Origin: Azolla caroliniana
Lineage: Eukaryota; Plantae; Polypodiophyta
Length of the DNA: 64,000 nucleotides
Direction: 5' to 3'
Assembly: GCA_043228905.1 (NCBI GenBank)
Contig: JBHGNT010000022.1
Coordinates: 5,394,001-5,458,000, forward strand
Part shown: positions 24,935-37,935 of the stretch, in pieces
How positions within the stretch are numbered: position 1 is the first letter of the stretch
Layout: the number at the start of each line of letters is the position of its first letter
Program-made: the position numbers and the translations under genes
The notes under the pieces: model-generated
Told to the model about the DNA's origin: nothing
What the model saw: only the letters and a program-made list of their open reading frames with translations
Database searches by the model: none

Positions 24935-26880
24935 GGATCAAGCTTTTGCCGTGTATCGTCAGGAATATGTACATAGGCGATAGAACTGAAAATGCAGTCA
25001 TGTGACAAATCCGGCTTCTTTCCGAAGAACTTCTCATGCGGAGTTATATCGTGTACTCCCGAGGTTGTGCACCTGTTCATGAGATATACAGACGTATTTG
25101 TCGCTTCTACCCAATATGATTTCGGTAGGTTCTTCTCGTTCATCATGGCTCGTGTGACTTCTACTACATGGCGATTTTTACGCTTTGCTACGCCGTTTTG
25201 CTGAGGCGTGTGTTGACACGAGAACTCTTGTCAGATTCCTTCTTTTCGGAGATATGCCGAAAATTCATCCAACAAATATTCTTTGCCTCCATCTGATCGA
25301 AGACAACGTACATGCCGTCCCGAATTTTTTCGACTTTGTCTTTGAATGTCTAGAAGTGCCTGAACACTTCACTCTTCTGCTTCATGGGATAGATCCAGGT
25401 GTTCCTGGAGAAGTCGTCGATGAACGTGACAAAGTATCGGCATCCGCCGAAGCTAGCCATTTGGGCCAGTCCCCAGACATCTGAATGTATTACATCCAGG
25501 ATCCCTTTGCTCACATTCCGCTCCTTAGAGAATGGGTGACGATGTTGCTTTCCGAATTGGCATGCTTCGCACACGCCCGTGATCTCCTTTGCCGTAAAGT
25601 TCGGGAGTCCAATTAGAACTCCTTTCGTCTGCATGTTTTGAAGCTTCTGGAGATTAATGTGGCCGATCCTGTTCTGTCACAATTTCAAGTCAGTTTTGAC
25701 TTTCTGGCCCTTTGTGTACATGGCCAACTTTATCTTGCTCGACTCGAGGATGAACATACGGCCTTCACAACGGTCGTGGGCTACGATTTGATCACCTTTT
25801 TCGATAAAACAACCGTCATTGTTGAATCGTATTTGCATTCCCTGTTCGACAATTTGACCAACTGAGATTAGGTTCTTCGTGATTGTTGGGACATGCAAGA
25901 CGTTCTTGAGGTAAGTTTGGTCCTCGTCATTTTCGAATGGGACATTCCCGATATGCTGTATTGAATGAGTCGTGTCATCGCCAATCTCGACATATCCGGG
26001 CTGATCGGGTTTACATAGTTCCCGGAATCAATCTTCATGAGATGCCATATGGTTGGACGCACCCGAGTCAACAAACCATACACTATTTGAGGCAGAGGCG
26101 CTAGTTGAAGCCTGTGCGGACATTGAGTGTGCTTTATGCCTCATTACAAACATTCCGCCACGATCGTCGTAGTCAGAATTTGTTGCGTAGTTCATCAGTT
26201 GTCGGCCTGCCTCACGTTTCTTCTTCCAGCACTCTTCTTCGTAGTGACCGGGTTTTCTGCAGTACCCGTACTCGACTGGGTTTCGGCGATTGCTCAGTCT
26301 GGCATTATGACTGCCCCTTCCGCCAAGTTCTCTGGGCCCGTTCCTGTCCGCTTGCCACTGGTGGCATTTACGCCCTTGATCTCGCTGATCATTATGGCCT
26401 TGTCCAAAATGAACTTTGTTTCCATGACCGAAATCTCTTCTATTATCCAACTAGGAGTAGAGCAAATGACCATCTAATGCAATACTCCTTTGTCGAGCGT
26501 GATTCACTTCGACCAGAAATATCAATTGAAGGTCGAAGAAGGAGGGAGGGTTCTCCGTTGCAAGAATGGCTGATCTAATCATGCCGAAATGTGGCCAAGC
26601 ATATGATCTAATCTCGGTTTTCCCATGCCTGCTTCGCCGTTTTTTCCTCTCGAATGTAGCCAAGCATATGATCATGAACGCATGATGCAAGGCAATACAA
26701 CACACGGCTTGCAGCCTGCTCCCAAGTGGGATAGTCAACGTGTGTTGGGTTGGGTTGCGTTTCGTGAGCTCCTTCAATGTAGCTCCAATATTGATGCATC
26801 TTGTACTCCCAAGATGCAAAGTTCGTTCTATCGAGCTTCTCGGTCGGAAGAGCGCTTCCCATTTGAGTATTCATGGTGAT
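24935..26880 (-). pseudogene. Copia C gag-protease-integrase
   Basis: YCRKPGHYEEEC knuckle, DSGASNHM, CEACQFGKQHR, FIDDFSR. Confidence 0.88.
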
Positions 26881-26975
26881 TTCTTCTCTGTCGATGGGCC
26901 GGTTCTGTTGATCGTCAACGTGCAGCACAACACAGTCGAATAGGCTTGATCAGGCAACCATATGCTATGATACCA

Positions 26976-27282
26976 TGTTAAGAAATGGAGTCTGTGGTGA
27001 TTACAATGCAGCAGAAGATGAGAGACTATGTGTATGTGTCTGTAGCAACACAGAGAGAGAGAGAGAGAGAGAAAGAGAGTGACAGTGACAGTGAGAGCTC
27101 AAGACAGAGATAATCAATTGTATATTACATAAGACTTCCAACTATGACTAAGTTACACTGCGTTGGTTTATATACCAACTAAGCTAGGGCGAGTGCCCTT
27201 TCTACTATTTACAAAACTAGTCCAAAATGTCCATGAGCTAGTGTGAAACCTATCTATGGGAAGTTGAGTTCGATTCTCAACA
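26976..27282 (-). repeat. 5' LTR of copia C
   Basis: Directly adjacent to the PBS; TGTTGAG...TAACA on the minus strand; G RT sequence begins at 27283. Confidence 0.8.
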
Positions 27283-30200
27283 TATATGAATTCTTGATCG
27301 TTAGTTTATTCAAGCGTCGGTAATTAATACACATACGGCATGTGCCCTCTTTCTTTTTTACCAAGATAACAAGTGCACGCCATGGAGATTTACAAAAGCA
27401 ATTGAATGATGAACTCATTCAATAGATAAAGAAGAGTTTTTATTATAAAACCAGGGATAATCCAGTATTACATCAGTGGTACAAAGATTCATTACATGGA
27501 AGTCTACTTTCTCTATATAAGTATCAATAGAAATTCCTAATAAATGAATCGCCTCGTTGATGTATTGTACTCTTCCATTAGCCAAGTGCACCCTATAGGT
27601 GTGATCACTTACGGTGGGTTGGATTCTCCATATCTGAACCAAATGATCATTCACAAAATTGTGTGACCTTCCCGAATCAAATAAAAATTGTACGGGAGAT
27701 CCATTGATATACTCGTTTGCATGTAGCAAATCATTGGGGCCCAATACATAGTGAGGGAAAGAACAATTACAATTACTTAAATGATGTGTATTGACCTCAA
27801 AAACATTAGGAATCTGACCTTTATGGTCTGCAACTTTTGCTTTGTTTTTGTGCTCTTTCCGTTGGAGCTTTCAACATTGTTCTTTTGTATGTCCCTTCTT
27901 TTTGCAGAATACGCAATAAGGATGTTGTCGCTTACAATCGCGATCCATGAATTCGTTGGGTGTGTTGCGTTTACCAGCGATTTGCGACTGCTTAGTCCTG
28001 GGTGCTTCGTTGGGTTTGTTATGGTCCTTCGTCGAAGTGTGTTCATAGCGAAGAACTATTTCAATGGCCTCTATGAAGGATTTTGGATCCTTATCGTGCA
28101 CTATCCAGCGATAGTTTGAATTGGGGATGCCATTGACAAAACAAGCTATCAACCAATTGTTCCCTTCTAGACCCGATTTTTGGATTTGGGTTCTAGCATG
28201 GTGAACATAGACTTCTAGCGAGGAAAAATTCTTGGTAGAGAGGTTCATTAAAGCTTGTGCTGCCTTGGTTCAAGAGGGAGGTTGTAGAAATTGGCCCTTG
28301 AAAACTATGACAAAATCTGTCCAGGTATCGAGCAATTTCCCCAAAGTTCGGAGCCCACGCCACCACGCGGCGGCCTTACTCCCTAGTTCTCGACCGACAT
28401 ATGCAATCTTCGTACTATCGGGCATGGGAAAGAGCTCAAAATGAGACTCCCATCGGCCCAGCCATGTGCAGATTGCTTCTTCGGTTCTTTCCTTTTTTTC
28501 TCCTGTAAATAAATAGCTTTATGACAAATGATGGTTGACCTTGACGCTCATCGGGTCTATTAGTGTCATGTTTTAAACTAATGACACGTGCCTCGAGAGC
28601 ACTTTGATATTTCCAAAGTTCGGCCATCTAATGCGTAGTTGAACTAAATAAATGTTGTATTTGTAAAAAATACGACTCAATGGACATTGGTCCAGGAGGA
28701 TTTCCATGAGTTCCTTCCGCTTGAGCGGATGACATCGGGTTGTTAATCTGAGCCATTGAATGATTATTTCTGGCAAATAAATAGGATGAGGTCAGATAGA
28801 TAGTCATAACATCAAGTCGTGATGCAAACATATCATGGCCCAACATTAATCGATATCATGATCTCACATCAATACCCCTCTAGACGTATGAGATGAGGTT
28901 CAAGATCATGTTACTGTGGTAACACAAAGGTGTTTTCAAAACCATGGGGGTGACAAATGAATGTCTTTCCCTGATCTCTATATCTATTTTTTCATGGCGG
29001 CTCGTCGAGGCTCAACCATGTATGTTCGCGGCATGAATAGTTTAACGAAAAAAATGTTAATAATAAACTATGTTTCTGTGCCCACATATGTGGTTTCGGC
29101 TCTTTAAGTCCTATTACGAGGACCCCGAAGTGCACTTAGACCTAAAGTCAAAATAGTATTATATTCATATGTATCAACAATGTTGTATGGTCTTCGTTAT
29201 ATTTGAACTCGAGTCCTCGAGAACAAATGCATTCAACACTTGAGCTAACCAAATAGGTTGCTCGTGGTAAATGTTTAACGTTTTATGCGTATAAGAGATA
29301 TGTGAGGCATTTGCCCATATATGTTTTCTTAAAAGAAACATATATGTCAAAAGTCCTTATTTCCCTCTTGTTTACCAGAAACTATATTGGTACGTTACCT
29401 AACCTCAAGTCTCATAATTACGATGGCATACGCCAAAGTGCAACCTAATGGTCAAGCCAAATGAGCCCTCTTTTCATAGTAAGCCCATGTGGCCCATCAC
29501 ATGGTTACATCATTACGAATGCCTTTTGTAAGAATGATCTCATGGTGGCATCATATCCATGTAATCAGGGAGGGATGTTGAATATGTGTCATAGGAGCCA
29601 CCTCACATGAAGTAGTTCAAGTCCTACGTTCTCACCATCATTGTGGCTATGATGTTTCGTTACATAACGAAATTGATCTGATCAACGGGGATGTCAACAA
29701 AAAAGATTGTTGAAAACAGGATGGTGACTACGCCATTCTCACAAAAATGTGAGGACGACCACCAAGATCCTTTCCCCAAATATACACATACGATATAGAA
29801 ATCACATAATGACTAACATACACATATGTATATTTATCACATATATACGATCAAAGATGTATATACGTTGTTGCGTTGCTACGCGCGTGCGTGGAGAACA
29901 AGGTGGGACCACTGGGGTCTTGGACCAAGGAATAAGTGAGGAAGCGAAAGGAGAGAGAGAGAGAGACACGCTCACACACGTATAAACAAAGAAGCGCGCG
30001 AGAACGCAACCCAACAACACAAGAGACACAAGTTGAGCAGGAGATAGGGTAAAAGGGACACGTAAATAAATATATGTATGCAGACGACTCGAACGGTTAC
30101 AACCAATCAGGTCGACGAGACGGGTGCCGACGCCTGATCACCCACGCACACAGCGGAGCAAGATGGAGATTCTATTGGAAGCACACGGGCGTTCCACGGA

Positions 30201-30631
30201 GCAGAATCAGCCTCTCGAGAACCTGCGCCAAGAAAGCTATGGAGAACGACAGAGGAGAAGAGCTCGGTCCCAGTCCGACAGCACTTCGTCCCCTCTAGCG
30301 CGCGATGTCTTCTCTCCCCCGTCTCCCTCTCTTTTATAGCTCAAGGAGGGAGGCCGTCTTGCCCGTTTACATCACATTAATTCTCTGTCCTTTCGGACAG
30401 AGATACACCTCGATTCTCCCTATAGAATATTGCTACCTAGGATCTAACCCTTGCGCCTACCTATCTACTTTACGACAAGGGACGTGCCCACGTGTAAGGG
30501 CCGGTTCACACACATTATACACGGTTTGCGCCTGGGGACGGTTTTCTTCACGACATCCGCCCCCACCTAACCGCGCATCCACTGGTATGCGCCAAAATTG
30601 GGTTCCTACGAGAGAAAACCGATCCTTGCTT

Positions 30632-33600
30632 TTATTCCTCGTTTACTAGTTCATCCTCCACCTCGGGCTGCTCATCGTCAATGTCCATGCCTCCTAGCCT
30701 CGGCTCCCCGCCGTGCCGTTTCTTGAACACTTTGATCCTCTTCCCCACTACCGGTATCGCCATTCTCGTACCGTCGAGCTCCGCGAGATGGTACGTCCCA
30801 TTGTCGTTGGCGCTTGTTACTACGTACGGCCCGAACCACCTTTTCGCAAACTTCCGCGTGGCCCTGTGCTGATTGTCGAGGCTGCTGTTGTAGACTAGCA
30901 CCCAGTCGCCTTCCTCGATCTTCCTTGGCCTGGACCGGTGTGTTCGGTCGAACCGAGCTTTGTTCCTTATCCTCGCTACCCGAAGTTTCTCCGCGGCTCG
31001 CTCTACGTCCTCCGGCCTCCGTTCGAGCTGTCGAATCCGCGCCGCCAACAGTTCCTCTCGGCTCATCTCATCCCTCCAGTTCACCGTGACCCACGAGGAG
31101 ATCGTTCGCTCTGTTGGCATGATCGGCTTCTGTCCGAACATCAGCTCGGCCGGCATGAACCCGGTTACCGAACTGTGCGTAGTTCGGTCCGCGACACAAA
31201 GAAGAGAAATGGTACACAGGAGGTTTACGTGGAAAACCCCAAACTAGGGGAAAAACCACGGCAGCCACAGGCTGCAAACTTTCACTATGTAGGAATATAC
31301 AACAGTGAGTTCACTGAGGCACCGACCTCGTGCTCACAAATCTTCGCCACAGGCGGCGGTTACAACAGAGGCAACGACCTCATCTCTCTCTCTCTCTATA
31401 CAGTTACGCACTCTCTCTTCTTCTTGCACCAACAAGAAAATGACAACAACAACAAAAGTTTGCCCTAAGTCGTATTTATACTAATATGACTTTTCGGCTA
31501 TTTACAAATATAGCCTCGATGGGCTCTCAGAAACATATTTACGAATATGTCTCTTCCTCCGGTTCACACCGGGCCTGTATCATCCGGCTCTCCGTAGCCG
31601 GGTACTCCTCATCCGGTTCATGCCGGGCCTGTATCATCCGGCTCTCCGTAGCCGGGTACTCCTCATCCGGTTCACACCGGGCCTGTATCATCCGGCTCTC
31701 CGTAGCCGGGTACTACTCATCTGGTTCACACCGGGCCTGTATCATCCGGCTCTCCGTAGCCGGGTACTCCTCATCCGGTTTCTTCTCCCTTCCCATCCAG
31801 AGGGACCTGCCTCCCAACACCCGTATCGGCATACTACGTCCTCAATCGAAAACCGGCATACGGCTGCCGTCGTCTTGTTCTGTAGGGCTCGGCCTTCAAC
31901 CTGGTTTGTTAGATCTTTCCGAGCCAGCACTAGATACCGCATCTATCCTACCCCCATTGGCATCGTCACCAAATCCACCATCCACTTGAAGTGGACGGTC
32001 GGAGGGTAGGTCAGGTGAAGCTCGTCCCGGTGTCGGATCATGGAGTGCATCTGGCAGCTTTCGCAAGTCGTCACGAACCGATGCACGTCCCGGTATAGTC
32101 CTGACCACCAGTACTTCCCCTTTAGCTTTTCGAACGTGACCCACGTTCCACGGTGTCCAGCCCACGGGCTATCGTGGTACGCCGCCAGCAAATCCTCTTG
32201 TTCCTCCTTCTTCGCCACCACTCGGAGTGGGATGTCATTCCTCTTCTTTGGGTGCTTCCATATGTACCCGTCCCGGAGAAAGAATCGGTAGGCTTTCTTC
32301 CGAATCCGGTTGGCCTTGTCCTTTGTCCATGCCGCGTCCGGTGTCATTGTTTTCAGGAACCCGCCGATCTGTAGCCACTCCCCGTTGTACTTGCTCTCGT
32401 CGAAATCGTTAAGCGTTGGAGTGCATTCCCTGCCGGTTGTTACGTAGGCCACCTCGAAGAAGTCCACGCCGACTTCCTCGTCCTCTGAAACCATGTTGCC
32501 ATCGTTTTCGAACCTCGCCCTTGAAAGCATGTCGGTCATGGCGTTGTCTTTCCCGGAGATGTGTCGTATTTCCGGATTCAGGGACTTGATGTACGCTATC
32601 CACCTGAGCATTGCCAGGTCCGGCGTCGCGCATCCGGAAACCATGCCAAGAATTGGCAGGCAGTCCGTCTCGATAATTACCTCTTCCCCGATCAGGTAGT
32701 CTTTATCGGCCTTTACCGCCGAAACGATACCCCAGAGCTTGCGTTTAACCTGGGCGTATCCTCACTGTCGCTCGTTGAGGACCTTCGCGCCGAACCGGAT
32801 CGGGAAACGCGTGCCGTCCTCGTCCTCCTGGTTCACAACCCATCCGATCCCGGTCGGACTCATGTCTACCGTTACGTAAATTGGAGTGCTCTTTTCGTAG
32901 ACAGCCTTTCGAAGCGCTGGAGCCGCGGCAAGTGCTTCCTTCATCTTCCGGACAGACTCCGTATGCTCGTCTTTCCACTCGAATCTTTGCCCCTTTTTCA
33001 GCAACCCATATAACGGCTCCGCGACGTGAGCGTAATGCGGGATCCATATGTGGTAGAACGCGCACGCTCCCAAGAACCTCCGAACCTCTGTGACCGAGCT
33101 ACAGTCGTCCTTCATCGCGGAGATGGCTTCTACCTTTGCCGGAGACGGTTTCCGGTCGTACGGCCTGCATAGGTGTCTGACGACCATGATCTCTGCTTGC
33201 CCGAAGGCCGATTCTCCCCCGGAGAAGGTGAGCCTCGTGCCCTCCAACCTCTGTAGCACCTTCTCGCAGTCATCAATGTGCGTCGCCACGAATTTCCGGC
33301 ACCCGTCCGGTCCGATCGTCTCGTCCCTTTCCTCGACCGGGCATCCCTTGATCGGGACGTCGTCCAGAAACGGCATGGTGATGTCCAGGATACAATCCCT
33401 CAGCACCTTGTTCATTGCGTTCACCATGTGAGCCACCGAGTTCGTCCCTCCTTGCGGTAGGGTACACATCCGTACTAGGCCGAGAGGAGTTCGCATTGTT
33501 GTAATGTCTCTGCTTTCTATGGCTAGCTGGAACTGATCGTACCCCGAGTAGAGATCACCGACCGAGTAAATCGACCTTCCGGCGAAGGCCTCTGCGAACT

Positions 33601-36600
33601 CGTCTATTGTTGGTCCGATCCCTGCGTTTCGAATGGTCACCTTGTTGACCGGCTGCAGGTCTTGAATAAAGCGCACCGTGCTGTCCTTCTTCGGCACGGT
33701 AAACCACCGATTTGAGTATGGGGCACTCGACGGTTCAAGGATTCCCATCTCGACCTTCTGCTTTAACAGCTCCATCAGCTTCGGGATGTGAGCTCTGGGT
33801 ACTGGAATCGGTTTGAGACTCCACGGCACATGCAGTACCGTGAATATCACCATCGGTTCCACGACTGTCGGTCTACGCACCCGATCTCCTCCGGTGAGAA
33901 TGCGAAATCCTTCCCGTGCCTTCCAAGCATTCCCCGAAAACGGTCCTCTTCCGCCAGCAGTAGGAAGCCGCCCCCACCGATTTTGAGCTCGCGTAGCGTT
34001 ATATCAGTGAACGTGTGTCCTATGCGGGCCGGATTTCGTAAACTCGGGTCCGAAACAACCCCCTTTATTCGCAACTCGCTGCCCTCCGGCAAGGGAGCCG
34101 CGACTGGCCTCACCTTCCGGTCCACAGTCTTGTACCTCGTGTCCACCCGGGCCGTCCGACCCGACTCGAGCCCTCTACTGAAGTCCGCGATGACTTCGTA
34201 CATCCTTTCCGAACATACCGGAATCGTCCGATCCTCTCTAAGGACTCCTCCGACTACCTCTCGCAGCTCCCCCAAGGTATCGTCGAAAGAGACCGTCTCC
34301 ACGGCTCCGTTGATTTCCTCTCCAAGGCCGAGGACGCCACATGCCCGAAGTCGCTCCTCCGCCCTTTTCTTCTTCCGTCCTACAATGTCAACTATCGTAC
34401 ACCCTCCGTTGTCGGAGAACTAGAATTTCCTACTTATAGTACAAGGTTTCTTCGCTATCATACACTTGTGGGGTTCTCCCAGAGTGTCCGGACTATCGCG
34501 GCCCCACGACTTGATAGCCCTCTTCAAAAATCCTCCCGACTTTTGTCCCCGAGGGTCTCGCGGTTCCTCTCATGGTTTGGTCTCACCGTCAGGAACTGGA
34601 CCGAGTGGCGCCCATCCTGGCTCTTGACCCTCGCATAGGCCGAGCCGTTGTCCAGCACCTTGGCCTCCATCCGTGCTGCCGTGATGTATGGTTCTCCTAG
34701 TACAACCGGATGTGAGGACGTCTCCTGCACGAAGAAATGCTGGTCAATCTCGACATCGCTGATCTTTACTCGTACATTCGGGCAGGCTCCATGCAGTTCT
34801 TCGATGGCACGCGTCGCTGCCCGTATCTTCCACCCGTGCTTGGTGTTGATCGGCCATTTCCCCTTCTTATAGAAGTCCATGGACATCAAATTGATTTCTG
34901 AACCGTGGTCCACCAACGCCACCACCGGTTCATGAACATCTCCGATCTTCACGGGGGTCGCTGTGGTCGCTCTGGCCCAGTGCGGCCTCGAATAGTGGCT
35001 CTCCGCCAACTTGTCTTCCAGCGCCATGTCCTCTATGTGCGTCGTCCGCACCTCCACCGGCTTCTCCGGTTCTGTCTCCGTCGACAGCCTCTTCCTCTTC
35101 ACCAAGTCTACGATGGAGTCGTGGAACTCCTTCTTGGCGATCCCAAGCACTTCCCTCAGCGACAGTTCCACCTTGTTGTCAAGGATTCGTTCCTCGAGGA
35201 CCTTTTGCAGGTCTGTGGACCTTTCGATTTCTGTGCCTAGCCGATACCCGCCCCTCTTGGGATTATCCTGGGCGCCGGTTACACCGGCCTCATTCCGTCT
35301 TTGCCCGAATCAAGTTTCATATCGCTGCGAGGGCCCAGCCCCTCTGGTTTTCCCTACCCGCTTGTCCTCTACTAGAGCCTCGTAGTTTTGACAAGCGGCT
35401 TCGACGAAGCCCGACTTTTCTTCCACCGGGTCACTCCACACGGTTACCTCCCGGACCCATTTTTCTGCACGGTCCACCTCTTCTTTCCTCAGCCGCGCGC
35501 CGTCGAGGCCTTCCAGCATCGTCGGCTAGAACCCGGCTTTGTTCGTCTTCGGGGCCTCGCCACCTCCGACCCGAATACCAGCTGACGCTGAGTAGTGGAC
35601 GGTCTCCGCGTGACGAGCCGCCGCCTCCTCCATCAGCCTTTTCATACCCCCTCGCCCGACGTTCAGGTTCAGGGCCCTTCGGGTCTCGCTGGCGTGCACC
35701 CGACCGTTCCACAGGTACACCACATTGCTTCTCATCGCCTCGACGAAGTCCCCGCAGTCCTTTCGGATGTGCCCAACCGCGTCACACCACATGCACCTGT
35801 TTTCAGTTAGAGGTCGTCGGTCACAGGTCTGTTCGCCACCATCCCTCCGTGCCTGGGCGATCTGGAGATCCCTTACCATCCGCGTCAGCTCCTCCAGAGC
35901 TGCTCCCCCGGACGAGCCCTTGACCATGCCGGTTGAAGCCGACCCGGTCTCGAGCCAATCTCGGGTCTCTTCCCTTCACGTTGGTAGTGTTGGCTCGAGC
36001 TTCTTTGCTGCGACAGAGCCCGCCCCTGTCGATCCTTTGTCAACCCATTCCCGCCATTTGTCGAAAAGGCCACAAACCCTTTTCACCACGGCCCAGTCGG
36101 CCGTCAACCCGTCATCAATCTCCAATAGGAGACCTACCTGCTCCCGATCCTGCTCGTCAACCGACTAAACAAACAATAGGACACGGCTTGTGTCCAGAAC
36201 TGTCCGGTCAAGCACCGAGAGGCGCGCGAAGCGTTCCTCAAACTCCCGAAGGAGCACTGTTGCGTTCCTTTCTTTGTCGGGGGTCTCCACCCACTCCATG
36301 AAGTCCCGCTTCGAAAGTCGAAGCGCATCTTCAAGCCCATATCTTTCGAGGAGCCGACCTTCGAACTCCTCCCAAGTCCGGTTGTCGGCCCATACCTCGA
36401 GCACCTCCGTATGGATACTCGGCATCACCACTCGAGGGAATCCAGCTAGACGCCTCTCTTCCGGAATGTCCCTCATTACCATCTCAGCCCGGTAGGATGC
36501 CAAGTAGCTCGTGGCATCCTTCCCACTAAACCGGCCTATCGTACCGACAACCGCCTCGATAGCCCTATCAAGGGCGCCGGTGCCTTCGCGCGCACTCACT

Positions 36601-36650
36601 ATATGGTCTACAACCGAAGCCATGGCTTCTACAAGGTCTGACCCCCTCAT
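30632..36650 (-). pseudogene. Element F gag-PR and RT-RH-INT ORFs; integrase core partly deleted at the 31193-31819 insertion
   Basis: ORFs 36165-36650, 35526-35927 (CMWCDAVGHIRKDC), 34524-35171, 33847-34302, 32762-33880, 31943-32644 and 30632-31156. Confidence 0.9.
31193..31819 (-). repeat. Truncated LTR of the A/E copia family inside F integrase, with ~4 x 54-bp tandem units
   Basis: Shares ggaaaacc..aaaaaccac, tttgccctaagtc and ggctatttacaaatatagcc blocks and the cccaaca end with A/E LTRs; repeats at ~31555-31780; no TSD. Confidence 0.85.
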
Positions 36651-37935
36651 CTTCTACTCCTCTACCGCCTGTTCACGTCAGGTTCACCAAATATGTCGTG
36701 TTGTTACGCGCGTGCGTGGAGAACAAGGCGGGACCACTGGGGTCTTGGACCGAGGAATAGGTGAGGAAGCGAAAGGGGAGAGAGAGAGAGACACGCTCAC
36801 ACACGTATAAACAAAGAAGCGCGCTGGAACGCAGCCCAACAACACAAGAGACACAAGTTGAGCAGGAGATAGGGTAAAAGGGACGCGTAAATAAATATAT
36901 GTATGCAGACGACTCAAACGGTTACAACCGATCAGGTCGATGAGACGGGTGCCGACGCCTGATCACCCACGCACACAGCGGAGCAAGATGGAGATTCTAT
37001 TGGAAGCACACGGGCGTTCCACATAGCAGAATCAGCCTCTCGAGAACCTGCGCCAAGAAAGCTATGGAGAACAACAGAGGAGAAGAGCTCGGTCCCAGTC
37101 CGACAGCACTTCGTCCCCTCTAGCGCGCGATGTCTTCTCTCCCCCGTCTCCCTCTCTTTTATAGCTCAAGGAGGGAGGCCGTCTTGCCCGTTTACATCAC
37201 ATTAATTCTCTGTCCTTTCGGACAGAGATACACCTCGATTCTCCCTATAGAATATTGCTACCTAGGATCTAACCCTTGCGCCTACCTATCTACTTTACGA
37301 CAAGGGACATGCCCATGTGTAAGGGCCGGTTCACACACATTAAAAAAATTTGTAATATCAAATAGCCAACTTATGATGAAATCGAGACACGTAATCGAGG
37401 CATATCGCCTCTACGAACATGAAACATCCAAAAATAAGGGTTAATCGTAATATGCAATTGAGGAAATGACCTCTTACACATAGGACACGAAACGCATATC
37501 ATTTACATAAAAATCGAGGCATTGACCTCATACGCATACGTAACATATATATGTGAGCGTAATACGCAATTTAGGTATTAACCTCGTACACATACGACTC
37601 GAATCACATATCAAATATATGTCAAATGCGGTATTGACCTCAAACACATATGTAAACGTTTTATACAACCAATTAATTATCAGTACAACATCATTGAATC
37701 AATGAAAAAGAAAACATATTGACTATACAAGATACGATTGAGAGAAGAAAGAAAGAAAAAAACAAGAAACTTACCGAAGTTCCTTTGTTGATTGTTATCT
37801 GGATCAAGGTCGACCGCACGTTGATCGATCACCATCCATCAAGAAGACAACAAAAGAAACATTAGAAACATGAGCCCTGATACCAACTGTTAGAGTTATG
37901 ATTTAATGTAAGCATATGATAAGGATATAAGATAT

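Larger units (their letters stand above)
12775..27282 (-). mobile_element. Ty1/copia element C, degenerate, split by D (14038-24934) and B; inserted in RT of gypsy G
   Basis: 5' LTR 26976-27282; PBS TGGTATCATAGC 26964-26975; gag EKLDRTNFASW, PR WFVDSGASNHM, INT DVIHSDVWG; QKLDP|KSEKC is split exactly by D; RT LYVDDL in 12775-13454. Confidence 0.9.
29869..37342 (-). mobile_element. Ty3/gypsy element F (tRNA-Trp primed lineage)
   Basis: 3' LTR 29869-30555; 5' LTR 36694-37342 (outer ~38 bp missing); PBS TGGTGAACCTGACGTGAA ~36672-36689; PPT GGTGGGGGCGGA; Gag ATG 36650; PR LVDHGSEIN; RT FLDDV; INT to 30632. Confidence 0.93.
27283..37935 (-). mobile_element. Old Ty3/gypsy remnant G (gag-PR-start of RT, long leader split by F, Met PBS, LTR end)
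   Basis: [29 protein letters not shown] (27283-27390), PR FLFDSGRSHNFV, knuckle CVFCKKKGHTKEQC; PBS TGGTATCAGGGC 37874-37885 followed by an LTR end at 37888. Linking that PBS to the 27-28 kb coding part is inference. Confidence 0.6.

Noticed and set aside
29200-29250. Fourth tRNA-like A/B-box pair (TAGCTCAAGTG ... GAGTTCAAAT, minus strand)
   Set aside because: Spacing is only ~38 nt, the B-box is degenerate and it is single-copy; too weak to call.
28503-37774. Possible leader intron in G (GTAAGT donor at 37774, TTTACAG acceptor at 28503, minus strand)
   Set aside because: The acceptor overlaps apparent gag coding sequence (FTGEK) and there is no transcript evidence.
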